From Minisyncoccota bacterium (GTDB lineage Bacteria; Patescibacteriota; Microgenomatia; UBA1400; UBA12028), in assembly GCA_003487265.1 (NCBI GenBank), contig DNEP01000013.1:24618-88617 (forward strand): a stretch of DNA of 64,000 nt, written 5' to 3'. A program made the translations under genes and the position numbers. Under the pieces are notes generated by a model. It did no database searches. It worked only from the letters and a program-made list of their open reading frames with translations, and was not told the origin of the DNA. Positions 18,806 to 26,020 of the stretch are shown piece after piece; positions within the stretch are counted from its first letter, which is position 1; the number at the start of each line of letters is the position of its first letter.

Positions 18806-19789
18806 ATGCATACGGTACTAGGACTAAGCCCAATGGATGGTGTCACCGACTATCCTTTTCGACATATCACAAAAAAATACGGCAACCCCGATATCATGTT
18901 CACCGAGTTTGTGAGTGTGGATGGGCTCGTGCGTGAAGTTCCAAGGCTTTTTCAAGAATTTCGATACGATGCGCAAGATCATCCCATTGTTGCACAGATT
19001 TTTGGCACACATCCTGAAAATTTTTACAGGTCTACCGTTTTACTCTGCTCGATGGGTTTTGATGGCATCGATATAAATATGGGATGTCCAGCAAAAAGCG
19101 TTGAGGAACGCGGTGGCGGTGCTGGGCTCATTCAAAATCCTTTATTAGCAAAACAAATTATTCAATCGGTACAACAAGCCATTTCTGATTACCACAATGG
19201 ATATCAATCACCATTATTTCAATCTCTTTTTATTCCCAGTTCAAGCATCGCCCGACCGATCACCTGTAGTGTAAAAACGCGAATTGGATATCAACACAAT
19301 GAAGTTGAAAGTTGGATTCTCAAACTCCTAGAAGCTCAACCCGATCGCATCGAAATTCACGGCCGCACATTTACACAACAGTACGGTGGAAAGGCAAACT
19401 GGGAGGCGATTACTCAAGCAGCGCTTCTGTGTCACCAAGCATCGGTTTCGTGTTTTGGCAACGGCGACATCATTTCGTTTCATGATGCACAAGAAAAGGC
19501 CGCACGTTACCAATTAGACGGTATTTTGATTGGAAGAGCTTCGTTTGGAAATCCGTGGGTTTTCCAAGCAAGTCCACCCGATTTATCTTGGACAGAAAAA
19601 TTCAACGTGATGCTTGAGCACGCGCGTTTTTACGAGCACGCCTACCCCGATCGATTTTTCCTCCCAATGCGCAAACATCTTGGGTGGTACGTTAAAGGAC
19701 ATCCACATGCAAAAGAACTCCGCGAACAACTTTACCTGACAAATTCCTCACAAGACGTTGCAAAAGTTCTTAAGAAATTCACGGAGTGA
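18806..19789 (+). CDS. dus: tRNA-dihydrouridine synthase (Dus family)
   Basis: LSPMDGVTDYPFRHITKKYGNPDIMFTEFVSVDGL, plus the TIM-barrel flavoenzyme pattern including GNGDI. Confidence 0.8.
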   Translation: MHTVLGLSPMDGVTDYPFRHITKKYGNPDIMFTEFVSVDGLVREVPRLFQEFRYDAQDHPIVAQIFGTHPENFYRSTVLLCSMGFDGIDINMGCPAKSVEERGGGAGLIQNPLLAKQIIQSVQQAISDYHNGYQSPLFQSLFIPSSSIARPITCSVKTRIGYQHNEVESWILKLLEAQPDRIEIHGRTFTQQYGGKANWEAITQAALLCHQASVSCFGNGDIISFHDAQEKAARYQLDGILIGRASFGNPWVFQASPPDLSWTEKFNVMLEHARFYEHAYPDRFFLPMRKHLGWYVKGHPHAKELREQLYLTNSSQDVAKVLKKFTE

Positions 19790-20047
19790 TTTTTCGTACG
19801 AAAAATTATCGATCAAACTTCAAAAAATATTCTTTTGGAAGTGATTCCGTTTTTAAAATATCTATCCACCTAGGCTGTATTTCCGATAGCCTGCGTATTT
19901 TCCCTTTTACTTTACATAGAGGATCCACCACCCTAGATTTACAAAAAACGCTTCCGACCCTTGTTTGCGGATCATTTTTGAATCCAACCTTGTTGTTCAT
20001 TCGATCAAATAGCAACTGCAGATGTGAATCCTCTTTTAAATGCGGGT

Positions 20048-20781
20048 TTATTTTTGTAAAACCTGTTTGTCGGTAGTATAGAGGTCTGTTTTCGAAATAT
20101 ATTTTTTCTGAATTGCATGCCGAAGATAGTCGCCTACGGTTCGAAACATGACCGCAGAAAATATCCCAGAATAATATTCTGTGTTGATATGTAAAAATAA
20201 CTCAGCAAATTTTTCCGCAGAATCAAGATCGATGAATATCCACTGATCATTCTGTACAGAAAGATGTTCAATAAAGTACTGCGCACTCTGTATTTCCCGA
20301 AACGCCATCGCCGATCTTAGAGAATAATCAATTCGATCCGCGCATAAATCTGGTAGATTTTTTTCCTTCAATGGGAAGTTTTTATCATGAAGCATGTAGT
20401 CAAGATGGAAACCATACTTTTTAAGTATGGCTGAAATCTCGGAATTTTTACAAATGTGGCAAAAATTCGATCTTGATGGTTGTGTGTTTTTTCGGACCCT
20501 TCATCCAACACATAATCAATACAGTGAGAAAACGCAGAATGTGATACGTCGTGAATGAGTCCCGCAATTTGCTCTTCAGTCGAGGCGCCAAATTTCTTTA
20601 ATAGAGCATACACACCAACTGAATGTTCGAAACGCGATAAAAAAGATCCAAGAAAATACGGTTCAATATACCCCGCTTGATCAATATCTCGCAATCGCTG
20701 AACTGTTTTTGATTGGATTAATTCTAATACAACAGGATCATCAACGTGCACAGTTCCATATACTCGATCCGTGTATTGCAT
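20048..20781 (-). pseudogene. HD-domain metal-dependent phosphohydrolase gene split by a 1-nt frameshift at an A6 run
   Basis: Two overlapping ORFs, 20368..20781 and 20048..20395. The first carries HSVGV and LIHDVSHSAFSH (HD motif). Manual reading shows the second frame is open back to 20500 and encodes KYGFHLDYMLHD...DRIDYSLRS, the conserved DRxDYxxRD region. The frames meet at the homopolymer AAAAAA (minus strand) at 20487-20492, where adding one A restores a ~245-aa HD protein. Confidence 0.6.
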
Positions 20782-20821
20782 ATTTCTTTGTTGCTATGAC
20801 TGTCTTATCGAACATTCTCTG

Positions 20822-20895
20822 TGCTCACACCAAGATTCGAACTTGGGACCTCACGAATGTGAATCGTGCGCTCTAACCAACTGAGCTATGCGAGC
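20822..20895 (-). tRNA. tRNA-Val (anticodon CAC)
   Basis: Manual fold of the minus strand. GCTCGCA acceptor with G-U, TAGCTCAGTTGGTTAGAGC D-arm, anticodon stem CACGA/TCGTG with loop TTCACAT, T-arm CCAAG-TTCGAAT-CTTGG, discriminator A. Confidence 0.8.
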
Positions 20896-20964
20896 GTGCG
20901 TTTTACCGTCGCGAATCAACACATAACGGTTGCAATTGTATCATATGCGACGCATAATAAGGAA

Positions 20965-21570
20965 ATGTTTTCTAAAGTTTTGAAGAGTATTTCAGCGGTG
21001 TTTGCTGTCCTTGCGGTATCGATTGTTGGCGTTATTGAATCTGGAGTAATCGCAATATCCGTTTTTCTTGTTGTGTACTTGTTTATTGCACAACCGCATC
21101 AAGTCGACGGGCTGTCCATGTTCCCAACCTTTCACCACGCCGACTTCGTTCTCACCGATAAAGTTGCATATCAACTTCATTCTCCTGAACGCGGAGATGT
21201 TGTGGTGTTTCACGCACCTCCTCAAGCACAGTGTCCTGCGGGAACAGGATGCGACTATATTAAGCGCGTCATTGCGTTACCCGGAGACTCTGTCGAGGTT
21301 AAGAATAATGTGATCTATATTAATGGGCAAATTCTTCAGGAGCCATATCTTGATTCAACCATTCTCACAACCCCTGGTGCTTTTTCGCAAAATCGTGTGA
21401 TGAAGATGAGAACAGATGAATATTTTGTTGTGGGCGACAACAGACCGCATTCTAGTGATTCGAGAACTTGGGGGCCGGTCACACCAAAAGAAATTGTCGG
21501 AAAAGTGATCTTTAGATACTGGCCGATTTCTTCAGCCCAAGCAATCACAAAACCTAGTTACTCATTATAA
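20965..21570 (+). CDS. lepB: Signal peptidase I (S26 family)
   Basis: ORF track 20866..21570, trimmed to MFSKVLK so as not to overlap the tRNA. Motifs are GLSMFPTF (catalytic Ser box), YIKRVIALPGDSVEV (Lys box) and VVGDNRPHSSDSRTWGPV. Confidence 0.85.
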   Translation: MFSKVLKSISAVFAVLAVSIVGVIESGVIAISVFLVVYLFIAQPHQVDGLSMFPTFHHADFVLTDKVAYQLHSPERGDVVVFHAPPQAQCPAGTGCDYIKRVIALPGDSVEVKNNVIYINGQILQEPYLDSTILTTPGAFSQNRVMKMRTDEYFVVGDNRPHSSDSRTWGPVTPKEIVGKVIFRYWPISSAQAITKPSYSL

Positions 21571-21604
21571 CTTCAAATGTTGAACGTTTTTTGATTCAAG
21601 CTAT

Positions 21605-22435
21605 CTATTTTTTCTCGGCAATCTGTAAAATCGCGTTCAATTGTTCTTGTGTTGCCTCAGGTGATCCTTTGAGCGCTATTACCAGTTTTGTTTCTCGGAT
21701 TGACCGAGTTAACTTCACCTTTGATCGTTCACCGAAATACCCTTGAAGTTTTTTTGTCCATTCGTCGATCTCTTTGGCAACGAGAAAAGGTTTTTTTCCA
21801 TGATTTGTGGATAATGGTTGTCCAGATTGATCTTTCATTCGGCGAGCCAAGTCCTCTGCGCGACGTACCGATGCGTTTTCTTTCAACACAATCTTATACG
21901 CCTCAATCATCAATTTGGGATCTTCTATCGCCGAAAGCGCCCGAGCGTGACCTTCGGAGATTAAACCGCCTAACAGCCCATCCTGAAGCGCGTCGGGAAG
22001 CTTGAGTAAACGGAGGGTGTTAGACACATATGCTGGAGATTTTCCCAATCGCTCCGCAATTTCCGATGCTTGAAGTTTAAACTCTCGTTCAAGTTTTTGG
22101 AACGCTTTTGCACGATCCATCGCATTTAAATCAACCCGTTGCACATTTTCGATAATCGCCATCTCGAGCATCTGCCCCATGGTAGCCGTTTTGATAATCG
22201 CGGGAACAGTTTCCAATCCCGCCAATTTCGACGCCCGCCATCGACGTTCACCTGCAATAATTTGGTATCCTGCGGGAGTGTGCGCGATAACCAACGGTTC
22301 CAAAATACCGTGGCGTTTAATGGAGTCGACAAGCTCTTTGAGAGAGTCCGGATCAATAAGCCCGCGCGGTTGCAACGGATTTGGTTGTAATTGATCAACC
22401 TCGATTTGTGAGATTTGTGTCATTGAAGGAGCCAT
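21605..22435 (-). CDS. parB: ParB/Spo0J-family partition or nucleoid-associated protein
   Basis: IEVDQLQPNPLQPRG ... GYQIIAGERRWRASKLAGLETVPAII is the ParB box. No parA is adjacent within the window. Confidence 0.8.
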   Translation of the reverse strand: MAPSMTQISQIEVDQLQPNPLQPRGLIDPDSLKELVDSIKRHGILEPLVIAHTPAGYQIIAGERRWRASKLAGLETVPAIIKTATMGQMLEMAIIENVQRVDLNAMDRAKAFQKLEREFKLQASEIAERLGKSPAYVSNTLRLLKLPDALQDGLLGGLISEGHARALSAIEDPKLMIEAYKIVLKENASVRRAEDLARRMKDQSGQPLSTNHGKKPFLVAKEIDEWTKKLQGYFGERSKVKLTRSIRETKLVIALKGSPEATQEQLNAILQIAEKK

Positions 22436-22444
22436 GACCCCTCC

Positions 22445-22702
22445 TTAGGATGTTTTAGGTAAAACCGAGACAAGTGTTTTTCCGAGTTTTTTGCCAAATG
22501 TAACAATGCCGTCGATCATCGAATAAATGGTATTATCGCGACCAACCGCAACATTCTTTCCTGGCTTATAGACGAGCCCTTTTTGTCGCAAAATGATCTG
22601 TCCGACTTTAATTTGTTCACTTCCGAACTTTTTTACGCCAAGTCTTTTCCCTGGACGTGGTGCCGATTGTCTTGTTGCTCCACCAGATTTAACGTGTGCC
22701 AT
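22445..22702 (-). CDS. rpmA: 50S ribosomal protein L27
   Basis: MAHVKSGGATRQSAPRPGKRLGVKKFGSEQIKVGQIILRQKG is the canonical L27. There is no N-terminal propeptide extension. Confidence 0.9.
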   Translation of the reverse strand: MAHVKSGGATRQSAPRPGKRLGVKKFGSEQIKVGQIILRQKGLVYKPGKNVAVGRDNTIYSMIDGIVTFGKKLGKTLVSVLPKTS

Positions 22703-22711
22703 AGTGCTCCT

Positions 22712-23845
22712 TTATGATGCGACGTATCGAAAAAAATGAATTTCCCGTTGTACGATACGATCATCGTGTTGATATTGAAATGCGTTCTTTTCACGAGTAT
22801 ACCCAAGCGCCTCTATCTTGTCAATTGTGGTCTGCATGTTTTTCACAACTTTTCGCGTGTGAAAAGATGGAAAAATCATACACACCACCGCCCCAGAACA
22901 AAGAACCTTTTTCCATGATTTAAATGCGCCGATATACAGTTTATCCAACCCACGAACAATGTTTTTTACTTCAAGTTCGGTTGGTTGTGTTTTACCCATA
23001 AACGGTTCAGTGATGATACAGTCAATCGAGTTCACCGATACATGTTGATCTACATGTGTGGCATCGCTCAAAAATACCTGAATCTGACGAGAAACGGAGG
23101 AAACTTCGGGCTGATTTGCAATCCACTCCAAATTCTTTTTTGTTCCATCAACCGACATTTGGTCAAGATCAGATTCAACAACGGGAAGACCTAACTCGGA
23201 GGCTTCCATTAAGATTGTTCCCGATCCACAAAAAGGATCAAAAATGGTGGGAGTTTGAACTCCGATCGCAAGCGCTCGAGAAATATTCACCAACATACGT
23301 GCCAATTTTGGAGGAATCATTCCTTTTCGAGCATCGCGGTACGGTTTTCCCATGTCTTTTTTTGCAAACCAGTCAACACCTTGAAAATGTCGAAAGATCA
23401 CAAGATATGTCTGTGAGGCTCGTCGAAACACTCCAAACTCGGTCGCCTTATTATGCTCAGACTGCGCGGAAGATAACCCGAAACCTCCCCCACGCACAAA
23501 CCGCGTTGATACTCCTCGATCCTTCATTTCTTTTTTTATTTCGGATGAAAAGTCGTGCGTGCTCATCGGCGCATAGATACTGAAGGTTTCCACTTTCTCT
23601 TGAATCATGCGCTCGACAATTGCTTGAACAACGTTTTCGTTTGCGTCTGACTCAATTTCTGCAATCACCTCACCTGATTTAATCGATCCACCAGACACAA
23701 AAAGCGCATCACCATATGGAAAATCATCCTCGAACTCAAAAAGAGAGACATTTGAAAAACCATCCGCAGAACGACCAAGCAAACATTCCAACTCATATCT
23801 TGCAAGATCTGGGTATCGACCGTGTAAATAGAGGATGTGCTTCAT
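22712..23845 (-). CDS. THUMP-domain-type RNA methyltransferase (UPF0020/Trm11/RlmL-like N2-G or N6-A methylase), tentative
   Basis: ORF track 22712..24115, trimmed to MKHILYL because the first 90 codons overlap rplU in another frame. SAM motif I is TIFDPFCGSGTIL and motif IV is CIITEPFMG (the xPP[FY]-like box of amino-methyltransferases). Confidence 0.55.
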   Translation of the reverse strand: MKHILYLHGRYPDLARYELECLLGRSADGFSNVSLFEFEDDFPYGDALFVSGGSIKSGEVIAEIESDANENVVQAIVERMIQEKVETFSIYAPMSTHDFSSEIKKEMKDRGVSTRFVRGGGFGLSSAQSEHNKATEFGVFRRASQTYLVIFRHFQGVDWFAKKDMGKPYRDARKGMIPPKLARMLVNISRALAIGVQTPTIFDPFCGSGTILMEASELGLPVVESDLDQMSVDGTKKNLEWIANQPEVSSVSRQIQVFLSDATHVDQHVSVNSIDCIITEPFMGKTQPTELEVKNIVRGLDKLYIGAFKSWKKVLCSGAVVCMIFPSFHTRKVVKNMQTTIDKIEALGYTREKNAFQYQHDDRIVQREIHFFRYVAS

Positions 23846-23852
23846 GAATGCG

Positions 23853-24167
23853 TTACTTCGCCGAGATTTTCTTGACCAAACACTGCGTGAGCTCTTGGCG
23901 ATGCCCATGCACTTTTCGATAGCGAGACTTAGATTTAAACTTAAAAACGCGAATTTTTTCGCCTCGAAAATGTTTTTGGACTTCAAGTTCAACTTTTGCA
24001 GAGGTAAGAGGCATTCCCAGATCAAGCGAGTTGTCGTCAGAAAAAAGAAGCACTTCTGGTGCAAAAAAGGTCTCGCCTTCTTTTTTATCAACAAGGTTGG
24101 TTTCGATGACATCACCCTCGTGAACGAGTTGTTGGTTGCCCTGCATTTGAATAACCGCGTATTTCAT
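23853..24167 (-). CDS. rplU: 50S ribosomal protein L21
   Basis: MKYAVIQMQGNQQLVHEGDVIETNL...GEKIRVFKFKSKSRYRKVHGHRQ is the canonical L21. Confidence 0.85.
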   Translation of the reverse strand: MKYAVIQMQGNQQLVHEGDVIETNLVDKKEGETFFAPEVLLFSDDNSLDLGMPLTSAKVELEVQKHFRGEKIRVFKFKSKSRYRKVHGHRQELTQCLVKKISAK

Positions 24168-24235
24168 AAGACTTGGATTCTAGCAGATATGCGAAGGGGA
24201 AACAAGAGACTGTTTGCGGATATATCTGCAATCAG

Positions 24236-26020
24236 TTACGCGACCAATTTAATCAAGTATCTCGGCCTTCGATTTTCATCTACCATAATATGAAAAACAA
24301 CAATATTTCCGTGTAAAATCATCTGACGGAAATACTTATCTTTCATCATAATTCTCATACGATCAAATAATTCGTACAATCCATCCACAAAAGAAATAAC
24401 ATCGTGAATTTCGACTTTGCGTGAGTTTTCTGCCGAGGCGTTATGCACGATTGCCAAAAGCTGAGATCGTTTCCATTGCAACACATTCATATCATCCCAC
24501 GATATCGTGGAAAAGATCTTATCGAGATCGAGCATTCGAAACACTTTCCAACTTTCTTCGCGAATTCCCTTCAAAATCGTTTTATTTGAGACAAATACAG
24601 GCGCCGCAATGAACTCATCTAAAGTAAGATTGGATTTCTGAACCGTGTCTCGAATTTTTTCAACCCTTCTGGAATTGCGAATTAAATCAATGGTGAGTTT
24701 TGTATTTGGCAATAACGCGTTAAGATCCCGAGAAAAAACAGCAAACGCATCAATTGCAGAAAACGGCGCATAGCCCCCATCTGTAATCACCACCATTTCC
24801 TCCTGATGACTATCATACGGCCAATGCTCTTCAACACCAGCAATGGAGTATCGCGTCACACAGTTTTTTAATAAGAATTTCGCTTTTTGACGAATCGTCC
24901 GATCCGATATCTTTTTTTCGATAAGAACATCTTGGTCTCCAATAATCCATCCCGCATTTTTATATATCACCAGCAAATCCTGATAGAGCTTTTTAAATAC
25001 CTTTCCTGATCCATTCGCATATAACGCATCGATTGCTCTCCAGTTTCGGAGAAGTGATCCGCCATAATCGTTTCGAAAATCACTTGTTTTCGCTGATATG
25101 GTTTTCCCGATTTCAGAAGCAATCGCATCATCGTGCAACATGTGATAGGTACTGACAATCTTCCCTTCTGAAACAAGTTTTTCCAACACATCCTGCGTGT
25201 ATCCCTGTTTTGCAATCAATTCATCGTCAACATAGAGCTCGAGGCCAGCAAAAGTCCCTCCTGTATGCGGATCATATGAAAAGAACGTTGGGATTACTTC
25301 CGCAACATTTTGATTATTTTCCAAAAGTTGCGATCGAAGATGCAAAATACCTTTTGCTGTCATGATTTTACTTAAAATATCCGATCGTAATCCGCCATCT
25401 TTTTGCTCACCGCCTTCGGTTGCATGAATCTGACCACGTGCTGCACACCCCAGATGTGAATCAAGACCGTAGAAAATCGTATCATTTTTCTTTTTCGTAA
25501 AAAGCTCTTTCAACTGTTGTACAACGAACGATTCTGTATCAATAAAAACGCCACCCGCAGTTTGAGCAACCATAAATCCTGTCACCGCACCTGCTGGAGC
25601 ACGCAACACCCCTCCTTCGTGAGGTGGCTTAGAAAACATGACTGTGGGCATGTTTCGACCATCGACGCATGTCACAAAAAAATCGTGATTTTTTTCACCG
25701 ATGAATCGTCGAGCAATCGTTTTTGCCTGTTGAACTTCCGACGACTCTAAATCGTCAGCCCGCTGAATTCTAGAAATATAGTGCTGTTTTGCAAATGCCT
25801 CTACCCAAGAAAAATACCTTTTCACTTTTTCGCGCAATTTTGATTCAGACTGACGTGAAATACAACGGACTGCTTGCAGTTCGACAAATTGATGAATATC
25901 TGATTCTAAACATTCGGGGATTTTTCCTGAAACAGTTGGCGTGTTCATGTCGAGTATTGTACTCCCATCTTTTTTGTATTGTCTAGTATTTTTATATTCA
26001 ACTCTTGCGAAAACAACCAT
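24236..26020 (-). CDS. Conserved hypothetical protein (594 aa), translationally coupled to ileS
   Basis: ORF track. Its ATG overlaps the ileS stop (TAATG at 26018-26022). It has glycine-rich segments (PAGAVTGFMVAQTAGGVFIDTE; YGLDSHLGCAARGQIHATEGGEQKDGG) but no motif I can assign to a known family. Confidence 0.4.
   Translation of the reverse strand: MVVFARVEYKNTRQYKKDGSTILDMNTPTVSGKIPECLESDIHQFVELQAVRCISRQSESKLREKVKRYFSWVEAFAKQHYISRIQRADDLESSEVQQAKTIARRFIGEKNHDFFVTCVDGRNMPTVMFSKPPHEGGVLRAPAGAVTGFMVAQTAGGVFIDTESFVVQQLKELFTKKKNDTIFYGLDSHLGCAARGQIHATEGGEQKDGGLRSDILSKIMTAKGILHLRSQLLENNQNVAEVIPTFFSYDPHTGGTFAGLELYVDDELIAKQGYTQDVLEKLVSEGKIVSTYHMLHDDAIASEIGKTISAKTSDFRNDYGGSLLRNWRAIDALYANGSGKVFKKLYQDLLVIYKNAGWIIGDQDVLIEKKISDRTIRQKAKFLLKNCVTRYSIAGVEEHWPYDSHQEEMVVITDGGYAPFSAIDAFAVFSRDLNALLPNTKLTIDLIRNSRRVEKIRDTVQKSNLTLDEFIAAPVFVSNKTILKGIREESWKVFRMLDLDKIFSTISWDDMNVLQWKRSQLLAIVHNASAENSRKVEIHDVISFVDGLYELFDRMRIMMKDKYFRQMILHGNIVVFHIMVDENRRPRYLIKLVA

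Noticed and set aside
19790-20047. SRP RNA, tmRNA, RNase P or 6S RNA in the long intergenic region
   Set aside because: No conserved motifs of these RNAs (GGAAGCAGCC-type SRP domain IV, tRNA-like tmRNA end, RNase P P4 sequences) were recognised.
21571-21604. Bidirectional terminator between lepB and parB
   Set aside because: The AACGTT-centred sequence with a T-run is suggestive, but the stem is short and mismatched, and cannot be supported by eye.
23846-24115. N-terminal 90 codons of ORF 22712..24115
   Set aside because: They overlap the canonical L21 gene in a different frame. The methyltransferase most likely starts at MKHILYL (23845).
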